From Antedon mediterranea (Eukaryota; Animalia; Echinodermata), in the NCBI RefSeq assembly GCF_964355755.1, contig NC_092674.1, forward strand, positions 30,070,001-30,134,000: 64,000 nucleotides of DNA, in the 5' to 3' direction. Of this stretch, positions 33,001 to 46,000 are shown piece by piece. How positions within the stretch are numbered: position 1 is the first letter of the stretch; each line of letters starts with the position of its first letter. A program made the position numbers and the translations under genes. The notes below the pieces were generated by a model. That model ran no database searches and was not told where the DNA came from. It was given only the letters and a program-made list of their open reading frames with translations.

Positions 33001-36000
33001 TGTTTATTGAATGTGATAGGTACTTAGACCTAGGGAAATGAAATAAGTGCTTGAGGTCCAAATAATCATGGCTTAAACTTTGTTAGTTGGTGTGAAGTTG
33101 GTTTGCTAATTTTGTCTATTAGGCCCTAGCAATGTTATGTCTTGGCATCTAAATTTTCATATTGAAACACAGTGGGTGTAGCAAAAACTTTTAACAATTT
33201 GAAATCTTTATATTATTAAATTATTGTATATTTTTTCTTAATTTGATGAGAAAGCTTTCAAATGTTATGTAATAACCTTCTCTACAATATTACATAACAA
33301 TTTAAGTGGAGTAAATTAAACCAATTACTGATTCATACACTTATATTATAACTAAAATGGGATACAATGCTACAATGTTCTAATTAAAACTTTCTTATTT
33401 TGTAAAATGTTATTAGGTATAACCTCTGTATTTTTAGTAAATATCAGTGTATTTTTATTTACCATTTCTGGTGCAAGCTCCAAGCAAGTTGACAATATTC
33501 AAATGAGGACCAATGTGTACAAGCATCTTAAGTTCCGTCATCAACGCCTTCTTTTCAGTCTCGCATGCATCCTCTGAAGAAAGAAAAATATATTTCAAAT
33601 TAATTTTATTCCATAAAATATACTTTGTTAAGCTCTGTCTACACTCTATCAAACTTTATGTGACAAGAAAATGTGATGTGCCCATATATGGACATGATGA
33701 TATCATATCACTAACATATTTGGGTATATCACTACCATATTTGGGCACATCACACTATTTTTGTCAAACTAGTTCAATAGTGTAGAGAGAGCTTTAGTGA
33801 GCATAGGATTTGATTACACCTGTAGACGAAGTAAACAAACTTGAGAGGAAATAGTGCCTTGAATTTTTTGTAGATTTCGACTTAAGTCATACTTATGGTT
33901 GACCTGGGAATGTTCCAAGGGAATATAGACTGTAAACATGCATGCTCTACATCATACACAGCAGCAATTGCAGAATAAATTCTACCTATTACATGACTAA
34001 TACTAAGTAAACACTGCCAAAAAATTTAGTGATGAAAAGTATATTTCAACTGTTTAACTTTAGGTTTTTCCATGTAAAATCTGTACCACAAGCCTTGGAT
34101 CAATTATAGTTGATCTGGAAAATCACAAAATATTGCAGAATACAGAATAATTGTGTTAAAGGTCACAAAAGAGTAAATATTAGTGATGATTGAAAGTTTA
34201 TCTAAAGCTCTGTCTACACTATCAAACTTTATGTGACAAAAAAATGTGATGTGCCCATATATGGACATGATGATGTCATATCATTATCATATTTAAGCAC
34301 ATAACACTTTTTTGTCACATAAACTTTGATAGTGTAGTAAATATACATATATAGAGGGGGCACTTTAAAAGTCATCATATTGTGTGTTTCCAAAGTTTGT
34401 CTTTAAAAAAAGAATTGTACTAAAATGTCTGATTTACCTTTCAGCATCTTGACTGCGACACTTGTGAGGGCGGTGCCTTTTTCGATGCCAAATGCCTCAG
34501 CTTTGTACACTCTGCCAAAAGCACCTCTTCCAATGATGCGGCCTACAACAACAAGAAGTTGGTTTTATCATTATTATAAAAATTAACATTTATATTATTT
34601 GTCTTAGAACTACATTTTAACTATTCATCCATAAATGAATCAATAAACTTACTCAGCTTCAGTCGTTCTCTCGGAAACTCCCATTTCTGGTCGTAGGGTA
34701 GATGTTCACATATATCTTCAAGATCGGCGAACGAGTCCAGATGGATTGGCAAGAGCAGGTCATGAGAGTAGCAAGGATGTTTGTCATGTTGCTGTAGTAA
34801 AACAAAATAAAAACATTAAAATGTTATTGATCGCAAAAATGTAATGTAAAGCTGATGTAGTAATATTTAACTATATATGATTATTGTTTTTGTTTTTTAG
34901 TTCTAACTTTATAACTATATATTTGCAGTATGGTACGGGTTGAGGCAAATGTACGTGCTTCAAAGTTTGATAAAAATTTATGAACATTATGTTTAGATTT
35001 TTTTGAAGTGACGCATGGTTGATACAAGTTAACTGTCAAACATTTGAAATAAAACATATTGCAGTAAAACAACATTAACATCATTTATATAAAAATAAAC
35101 CTGAAATTTAGTATTACAGTATAATGGCATACATATATATTTTAGGACATTTTAATTTTATACTTAAATATATAATATTAAGTAAAGCAAGTATTTCTTT
35201 ATTAGAAAAAATATCATTGACTTAGCCTCCTGTTATACAGTACCCTCAGGCTTTAGAACTAATACTGACTTAAGCACAGACTACCCTCTGGCTTTAGAAC
35301 CACTGACTTAAACACAGACCAGGGAGGTGTTTTTTACCTCCCTGCACAGACTGCCCTGAGGCTCTGCCCTCAAATACCTAATTCACAATCTATTCAATTT
35401 AATCCTTAACCCCTGTCTACACTATCAAACTTTGTGTGGCAAAAACATGTGATGTCCATATATGGACATGATGATGTCATATCACTACCATATTTGGTCA
35501 TATCGCTACCATCATATCACTACCATATTTGGTCATATTACTACCATATTTGGTTATATCACTACCATATTTAGGCACATGATCTAAATATTTGAGATTT
35601 TTTTTTTATTTATATCCAAATTGAATAAAAGAAGGTATAGATAAGTATATGAACATATAAAAGAATACACAACAAGTAGATAAATTGAATAAAGAATGAA
35701 TAAGATAGCTTGAAAATGCATAGTAGAAGATTTTGAATTAATATGAAAGATCCAGGGGCTAAAAACAGGTATAAGCCCCCTAGAAACCCACTCCAGCTAT
35801 CACCTGCCCCGAATTCTCACATTACAAGTGACAGTCCGGCAGGAAATGTCACTTAGGTTTGCGCTGACTCATATCCGCTGTGTGCAGTCGATGCCAACCC
35901 CACACGGTACCAAACAGACATCCAACCCGACGCCTTGGCCAATGACAGCTATCTTGTCATATTGTTTACGTGGACAGCGATTCACTCTCTTGAGCATAAA

Positions 36001-39000
36001 GGTTATGCATGATCGATAACTTTTTTACGTTTCAATTCATGTACCTTTTTCAATATTTCTTTCATAAATAATTGTTCTAAATTTCAGATTGAATTATTAG
36101 ATAGCCATAAAATGTTAGACATTTCTTCAAAAATAAATACATTTCTTCAAAAATAAATACATTTCAACTTATGTGAGCTTATTAATAAGATTAGGTGATT
36201 TTGAAGATTAGTTTTAACATTTTAAAATGTTCTTTAATGCTGATTGTAAGATTGCTATAGAAACATTTATTTAGTTACAAGTTGTTAGTTTAGTTAAACT
36301 TTTTTTTTTAGTACCCCACATTAATATCTTGGTATTTCAATGTTTGTAGTTGTTAACCATTTATTTATGTAGATATTATCAGATAGTATGCTTCTTAAAT
36401 GTTGATAAAAAATGTATGCCTAGTACATGGATCTCTCCTTAAACCATATGTACCTAGACCAGAGAGTTGCTAATTCCCTCCTTAGACCTCTGTTGTTTGA
36501 CATTTTAAAATGAAAGTAGACAGACTAATGTAGGCCTATGTATTACATAATCGTCAACATGTAACCACTGACGTGTGACCATCGATGCGTAATCAATGAT
36601 GCGTAATCAATGAAGAATAACCTTTCGTTCGCATCATGTGAATTCCTCAGCAACATTCCACATTTTAAGGAAATGAGTTTAAAATGCTTTGTGGTAGAAA
36701 TGAGTTTAAAATGCTTTGTGGTGTAATAATCAGAGAGGTTTAATTAGAGAGAAAATATTTTAATAAATTTATATTTTCTATTATTCTGTTATATTTTTTG
36801 TGTTTAATTCTGTAAATCATTATAATACAATTATAAATCAACAGCTAAATGTTGCATCCAACAGATGAGTAAACTTAGAAACTTTTTTTGTGAGATAAAA
36901 GGAAAACTGGTGTGCAATGGTTGAATGCATATTGAATTAAATAATTTAAAATCAGCATTTTTTTTATTTATGATTATAATTTAATCACCTGAATAGATGG
37001 GGAAAGACATATTTGGGTCTCTGTTTCAAAATGTATCCAAAGTTCTTGATGAGCACTGACACCCATCTAGATTTATTTGTATAATTAAAGCATGTGTGGC
37101 GGTCAAATTTGGATATGGTCACTGAATTACGTTAGGGTCAGTTGGTGGAGAAGCATACTAACGCGTAAAAACTGTTCCGCTGTGTAACCAACTAACATTT
37201 CCTTGTATCGGTAATGACTTTAATTTAAATCAATTAACTTTCGATGAGTTTTAAGAACTTTCTAATTGAAATCTTATTAAACTTAGCACTTGAGGCTTGT
37301 TATTCTTATTAAACTTTCATAAATAGTCTTTGCATTTACTTCCGACACTAACCAAATTCATTGCCCCCTGACACCGGTGTCGGCGGAGTCTGTTCTGTGT
37401 AAATAATAACAAAGTGAAAGCCGGAACATTCTTCACATATATAGATATATATATATATAAGCAGGCGGTCCGAGGTCGAGTCTCGGTTGGGGCGACTTTT
37501 TCTCATTCTCACAGATTTCCTCATCTTTATCGTTTCAAATTAATTAATTAAATTTCAGTATATCACCGGGCGGTTTAGAATTAATGTTTTTTGCCTGATT
37601 TGTTTATATATATATACACAGTAGGCAAAGAATATTAATTCTAAACCGCCCGGTGATATACTAAAATTTAATTAATTAATTTGAAATATATATATATATA
37701 TATCACTTTAGATTTATAGAATAATATTAATATTGATTTCTGGATAGAAATCAAATTTTAATTCTAAATTTCAATTTAAAGCTGGCAAAATAATGGTTAT
37801 TTACTGTTTATATTTTCACATTAAATTTTGTTTTAGAATTTAATTACAATTTCATACAAAATTGTTTATTGTGTTTTCATCCCGGGGGGGGTCACTCTTA
37901 AATATTTCCATACGGGGAGGTGCCGCATTTACGGGAATATTTTCGAGGGCCTGGTAGCACAAGTGTGTGAAAATATGAAGAGTTGGTAGCACAAGTGTGG
38001 GAAATGACAGGGTGAAATTAGTAGTTTAAGTCCCTAGCAAAATGTCACGATTGTCACGATTTATCGCAAAATTTTGCAGGTATTTTAGCATACCGGATGC
38101 TATAAGCCCATTGCGGGGCCTATCGCTAAATACCTTTGAATAGGCCTAGAGTTTTCGCATCAGCAGAAGAACACGAAACATCCAGCCTAGGACAAAATCA
38201 TTAAACTGTGACCACTCTTGATCATCGTCGTCATCATGCACCCCGCGGATATGATGCGCAATAAACTTTCAAAACACGTTCATGATTTTTCCATGAACGG
38301 TCTCTTTGGCCATGCGCAGATCATGCTGGGAACCAGTACAAATTTTGCGCCCTCTCTGGCGTGGCCTTGTTTCTGCCGTGGCCTTGTTTCTGCCGTCTTT
38401 TTAGAGAACACTGGATTTTGGTAATTATGGTAGTTCAAGTCCGTAGTATTTTTCAGTAAAACAGGTAGCGCAAGTGCCTCATGTCTTGAAGTGGCTGCTG
38501 CCACCCCCCCCCCCCCCGTTTGGTTTATATACAAGTGACCCCCCCGGGGTTTTCATACTACTGTTCATTGAACCACATGAAACTTTGATAATAACATTAA
38601 TTCAAAAGCGGATTTTATAAACATGTTGTCACATTCAATCATGTTCAAAACATTCACAACATTGCGTAACACCCAAACAAATCCTTGACTCTTTCCACTT
38701 TTTTTTAAGATCCAAATTTGTTTTGATTTTATCTATAGATTTTCACAGAACCCTGAGTAATGCCAATTGTATTGTAAACTTGAGTAAGAGGTCTTTGACC
38801 TCTACGAGACAGCGGTCACTGACTCGTAGGTGATCACAACAAATAGGAGAAACAATTAACTAATAAACGGATCCATCACTTGGTTAATTAGCGCAATCAA
38901 TCAGCGATTCATTATTCAAATGTTTTTGTAATGTGAATATTACATTTTATTATGTGATTCAAAAAAGAAGATAATTGTATTTGAACTGTACCGTACTAGA

Positions 39001-40038
39001 TACTTCAGCTGAAATCAAGGCATATAAGTGATGATATCGGGCCAGTTGGTGGATAGTTTGATGTGTTTTTTTCATTTTAAATAACAAATGTTATTTATTG
39101 TTGTACAACTATTTATAGGTATTGATTAAGTAATTCCATAGTTTTTAACAAAATTAGCAAAATTGTGTGTCCATTCTTTCTCGTGAGTATACAACAAATA
39201 TTTTCACCTGAAAGATGAAAGCTTATTTGTTAATCAACTTTTCTAAAAGTTTTTCTTCCTTATTAGACTCACTTACCTGACGTTTTTTGAGCCAGAACAG
39301 AATAAAGAACAGCACAAAAATACAGATTGTTCCAACCACTACTGCCTTGACGATCTCATCACTCATACCATGTGACCTAGCGAAGTCTCTGTGTTCTTCT
39401 GGATCTGTGTCAAGAAAGAGTAAAACAATGTAAAGCTCTGTTTACACTATCAAACTAGTTTGACAAAAAAAAAGCGTGATGTGCCCAAATATGGTGGTGA
39501 TATGCTTAAATATGGTAGTGATATGAACTCATCATGTCCATATATGGGCACATTTTGATAGTGTAGACTAAGTGCTTTAAGGAGCTTTTGATTTGTGATG
39601 ACCGACGACCTAAGTCTGGACCTAAACACCACCAAACCCATCTCAAAGAGTGAGGAAGCACATCTTCAACATGATCTTTCTAGTAGTTTGTTAGGTTCCA
39701 TCAATCCTGAACATTTGAAATATATTTTTCATGATCTTTGGTCTGGATAGATGTGATAATCCCAGTAAAACAGTTTGTATGTTAGTATGTTGCCTTTATC
39801 ATGTTTCTTCGTAATAGTTTTTAATTTATCCGGAATAAACGTTGTGGTAAATAAATGTGTCTAAACTTCGTTTTTCTTCATAATCAGGTCAATGGTATGT
39901 GTTTACGGAACTTTCTTAATCCGAAGGTCATGTGACTTATCAGATGACTAACATTGTGACTCAGGTTTGCTAAAAATGTTTAAAAATGACGTATATTTGT
40001 TTTTTTCTTTATATATATATATATATATCTATGCCTGT

Positions 40039-40070
<32 letters not shown>

Positions 40071-43000
40071 AAGACAACAGGCAATTTTTTCTGTCTGTTT
40101 TAGTTTATCATTTTGATTTAGCTTTTGATTATTTTATTTGTGTCTCCATTGAGATCCAGCCACTGATACCCACATCATTGTCATTTTTCAGTGCTTATTT
40201 TATTTGTGTCTCCATTGAGATCCAGCCACTGATACCCAAAGCATTGTCATTTTTCGGTGCTTATTTTATTTGTGTCTCCATTGAGATCCAGCCACTGATA
40301 CCCAAAGCATTGTCATTTTTTCAGTGCTTATTTTATTTGTGTCTCCATTGAGATCCAGCAACAGATACCCACAGCATTGTCATTTTGTATCTCCATTGAG
40401 ATCCAGCCACTGATACCCAAAGCATTGTCATTTTTTCAGTGCTTATTTTATTTGTGTCTCCATTGAGATCCAGCAACTGATACCCACAGCATTGTCATTT
40501 TTCAGTGCTTATTTTATTTGTGTCTCCATTGAGATCCAGCCACTGATACCCAAAGCATTGTAATTTTTTCAGTGCTTATTTTATTTGTGTCTCCATTGAG
40601 ATCCAGCAACAGATACCCACAGCATTGTCATTTTGTATCTCCATTGAGATCCAGCCACTGATACCCATAGCATTGTCATTTTGCCTTTGGATTTATATAT
40701 ACATTTGTATATATACACTTTATTTAAATAAGCACCACTTTGTGAAATATGGTTTTTAGTAGTATTACAAATTATCCGACTGAACATAATTTGATTTTGT
40801 AGTAGTTATAATTTAATAACAGAATTTGATTTATCCACATCATTAAATATATAATAATAATAATAATAATAATAAATAACATTTATAAAGCGCAAGAGAC
40901 AATGTTATATCAATGTTACTAGCAATATACTCATCCAATTTAGAATAAATGAAGAAAATGGTATAATTTTTTTTGCCGTTCCAAAATATTGGAATGGCTA
41001 AAAGGGAATTAAAAGGTCCCAAACTTGAATGGTGCGAGTACCGAATTTGAGTAGTTGCACTGAACTTTGAGTAGTTAGTGCTATTATAATACAAATTGTA
41101 AATGTCATTTAGCAGATTGGTAATTGCTGCATACTTTTATCATTCAAAAGCAAATGGTAAAGCAGACTTCACGTGAACAGTCTTAGAGAAGCCACATCCA
41201 TCCTGAAGAACAAAAACATTCTGAAGTACAGTACATCTGATTGGATAGCAGCCAATCCTTCTATTTTGAGGTATGTCTATTTCTGATGCATCCTTTAAGT
41301 CTTATTCATTGTTTACATTAAAAAATAGAGTGAGATTCAATCAATGTTATATTTTTTCAAGCAAGAATGAGATTCACTCTTTTATGATTAAAAGTTCTAC
41401 CTTTAAAGCAAGAATGATTTTCATTCTTTTCTGATTAAAAGTTCTACTTTTTAAAGCAAGAATGAGATTCACTCTTTTATGATTAAAAGTTCTACTTTTA
41501 AAGCAAGAATGAGATTCACTCTTTTATGATTAAAAGTTCTACTTTTAAAGCAAGAATGAGATTCACTCTTTTCTGATTAAAAGTTCTACTTTTAAAGCAA
41601 GAATGATTTTCACTCTTTTATGATTAAAAGTTCTACTTTTTAAAGCAAGAATGAGATTCACTCTTTTCTGATTAAAAGTTCTACTTTTTAAAGCAAGAAT
41701 GAGATTCACTCTTTTCTGATTAACAGTTCTACTTTTTAAAGCAAGAATGAGATTCACTCTTTTATGATTAAAAGTTCTACTTTTAAAGCAAGAATGAGAT
41801 TCACTCTTTTCTGATTAAAAGTTCTACTTTTTAAAGCAAGAATGAGATTCACTCTTTTCTTGATTAAAAGTTCTACTTTTAAAGCAAGAATGATTTTCAC
41901 TCTTTTCTGATTAAAAGTTCTACTTTTAAAGCAAGAATGAGATTCACTCTTTTATGATTAAAAGTTCTACTTTTAAAGCAAGAATGAGATTCACTCTTTT
42001 CTGATTAAAAGTTCTACTTTTAAAGCAAGAATGAGATTCACTCTTTTCTGATTAAAAGTTCTACTTTTAAAGCAAGAATGAGATTCACTCTTTTATGATT
42101 AAAAGTTCTACTTTTAAAGCAAGAATGAGATTCACTCTTTTCTGATTAAAAGTTCTACTTTTAAAGCAAGAATGAGATTCACTCTTTTCTGATTAAAAGT
42201 TCTACTTTTAAAGCAAGAATGAGATTCACTCTTTTCTGATTAACAGTTCTACTTTTAAAGCAAGAATGAGATTCACTCTTTTCTGATTAACAGTTCTACT
42301 TTTAAAGCAAGAATGAGATTCACTCTTTTATGATTAAAAGTTCTACTTTAAAGCAAGAATGAGATTCACTCTTTTCTGATTAAAAGTTCTACTTTTAAAG
42401 CAAGAATGAGATTCACTCTTTTCTGATTAACAGTTCTACTTTTAAAGCAAGAATGAGATTCACTCTTTTCTGATTAAAAGTTCTACTTTTAAAGCAAGAA
42501 TGAGATTCACTCTTTTATGATTAAAAGTTCTACTTTTTAAAGCAAGAATGAGATTCACTCTTTTCTGATTAAAAGTTCTACTTTTAAAGCAAGAATGAGA
42601 TTCACTCTTTTCTGATTAAAAGTTCTACTTTTAAAGCAAGAATGAGATTCACTCTTTTCTGATTAAAAGTTCTACTTTTAAGCAAGAGTGAGATTCACTC
42701 TTTTCTGATTAACAGTTCTACTGATAAAAGTGTGAGATTCACTCTTTCGTGATTAAAATTTCTACTGATTAAAGTGTGAGATTCATTTTTTCTTGATTAA
42801 AAGTTCTACTTTTTAAAGCAAGAGTTAGATTCACTCTTTCCTGATTAAAAGTTCTACTTTTTACAGCAAGAGTGAGAATAATTCTTCCTTGTTTTTAAAT
42901 TATATTTTATCTAACAATATGTCAATTTCATCAGATATTATTTATTGGAAAAATTAGTTAAATACTCAAAACTATTAGTGACTATAATTACCAAGGAAAA

Positions 43001-46000
43001 TTGTATATATTATATTATAATTGTATATAAAAATATATACTTTAATATTCTGATTTTTTTACGTACTTGTTAATAACAGTGCAAGGGTAAATGATATTAT
43101 GCACGTTCTCATGTCCTTGAGCTTAAGAAACACGACCCTCTCAAGAAATACGCTTGAACGGAAATGTCTTTTGGCAAGAATTCAATATCTATCTTGCTTT
43201 CCTGAGAAATGTTTTTCAGTATACAGTCTGAAAATTGCTTTTATTGTTATTTTGAAAACCGTGTTTATAATAATTTTTAGTAGACTGTGGCCAATAACCT
43301 CCATCTAAAAATAACCAAAACAAGGCTATAAACTGTTTTGCTTTTTTTTTAAATAATAAAAATCAATTATTTATGAATGAATAAATACATGAATGAAGAA
43401 TGATTAAATGAATAAATGAATGAATCATTGAATAAATAAATGAATAAATAATGAATAAAGAGTCATTTTACATAAATGTGATTGATATACCCATACCAAT
43501 CTTGCTTGTATTTTGAATGATGTACTTTATCTGTATTTTTCCAAATTTTAACCTTCATTTTTGTATTTTTATGTGAATTTTTAACTTTGAACAAACGAAA
43601 ATAATTTCAAACCATGTACTGTATGAATAAATAAAATATCAAATAAATATGTAGACAGACACTTACATAAACTTACATAAACTTACATAAACACTTACAT
43701 AAACTCAACTGTATCTTGGCACGATCAGTTCCCAGTTTGTTTTCCCCAATACACAGGTACGTTCCATTATCCTTCACCTGGACATCCGTCAGGTACAGGG
43801 TTCCATTAGGATTGTTGTAGAGATGTTCTGGAAGGAGTCTTGTTGTGGTGCTGTTGACGACATGCTCCCATGTAATGGAAGGCTTGGGGACACCTAACAA
43901 TGTGCAACTCATTGTCACGTTGCTCCCTAGCTTAGCCATCATGTTAGTGCTCTGTGCCGCAGAAATTGACACTTTCTCTATAAACAAAACACAAATTTTT
44001 GTTTATGTTACACATTTTTTAACATTGCAACAATATATGTATGTATATAATGATTACAAGGCCATCCCTAGGTATAGGTACATCCCTGGGTATATGTACA
44101 TCCCTGGGTATAGGTACATCCCTGGGTATAGGTACATCCCTGTGTATAGATACATCCCTGTGTATAGGTACATCCCTGGGTATATGTACATCCCTGGGTA
44201 TATGTACATCCCTGGGTATAGGTACATCCCTGGGTATAGGTACATCCCTGTGTATAGATACATCCCTGGGTATAGGTACATCCCTGTGTATAGGTACATC
44301 CCTGAGTATAGGTACATCCCTGAGTATAGGTACATCCCTGGGTATAGGTACATCCCTGAGTATAGGTACATCCCTGGGTATAGGTACATCCCTGGGTATA
44401 GGTACATCCCTGGGTATAGGTACATCCCTGGGTATATGTACATCCCTGGGTATAGGTACATCCCTGGGTATATGTACATCCCTGGGTATAGGTACATCCC
44501 TGGGTATAGGTACATCCCTGGGTATAGGTACATCCCTGGGTATAGGTACATCCCTGGGTATAGGTACATCCCTAGGTATAGGTACATCCCTAGGTATAGG
44601 TACATCCCTAGGTATAGGTACATCCCTGGGTATATGTACATCCCTGGGTATAGGTACATCCCTAGGTATAGGTACATCCCTGGGTATAGGTACATCTCTG
44701 GGTATATGTACATCCCTGGGTATAGGTACATCCCTGGGTATAGGTACATCCCTAGGTATAGGTACATCCCTAGATATAGGTACATCCCTGGGTATAGGTA
44801 CATCCCTGTGTATAGGTACATCCCTGGGTATAGGTACATCCCTAGGTATAGGTACATCCCTAGGTATAGGTACATCCCTGGGTATAGATACATCCCTGTG
44901 TATATTTACATCCCTGTGTATAGGTACATCCCTATGTATAGGTACATCCCTAGGTATAGGTACATCCCTATCCCTGGGTATAGGTACATCCCTGGGTATA
45001 GGTACATCCCTGGGTATAGGTACATCCCTGTGTATAGGTACATCCCTAGGTATAGGTACATCCCTGTGTATAGGTACATCCCTGTGTATAGGTACATCCC
45101 TAGGTATAGGTACATCCCTGGGTATATGTACATCCCTGGGTATATTTACATCCCTGGGTATAGGTACATCCCTGGGTATAGGTACATCCCTAGGTATAGG
45201 TACATCCCTAGGTATAGGTACATACCTGTGTATAGGTACATCCCTGTGTATAGGTACATCCCTAGGTATAGGTACATCCCTGGGTATAGGTACATCCCTG
45301 TGTATAGGTACATCCCTGTGTATAGGTACATCCCTAGGTATAGGTACATACCTGTGTATAGGTACATCCCTGGGTATAGGTACATCCCTAGGTATAGGTA
45401 CATCCCTAGGTATAGGTACATCCCTAGGTATAGGTACATCCCTGTGTATAGGTACATCCCTAGGTATAGGTACATCCCTGGGTATAGGTACATCCCTGTG
45501 TATAGGTACATCCCTGGGTATAGGTACATACCTGTGTATAGGTACATCCCTAGGTATATGTACATCCCTGGGTATATTTACATCCCTGGGTATAGGTACA
45601 TCCCTGGGTATAGGTACATCCCTGTGTATAGGTACATCCCTGTGTATAGGTACATCCCTAGGTATAGGTACATACCTGTGTATAGGTACATCCCTGGGTA
45701 TAGGTACATCCCTGGGTATAGGTACATCCCTAGGTATAGGTACATCCCTAGGTATAGGTACATCCCTAGGTATAGGTACATCCCTGTGTATAGGTACATC
45801 CCTAGGTATAGGTACATCCCTAGGTATAGGTACATCCCTAGGTATAGGTACATCCCTAGGTATAGGTACATCCCTGTGTATAGGTACATCCCTAGGTATA
45901 GGTACATCCCTGGGTATAGGTACATCCCTGTGTATAGGTACATCCCTAGGTATAGGTACATCCCTGGGTATAGGTACATACCTGTGTATAGGTACATCCC

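Noticed and set aside
40129-42876. CRISPR-like regular repeats
   Set aside because: No unique spacers, eukaryotic intron, and no cas genes.
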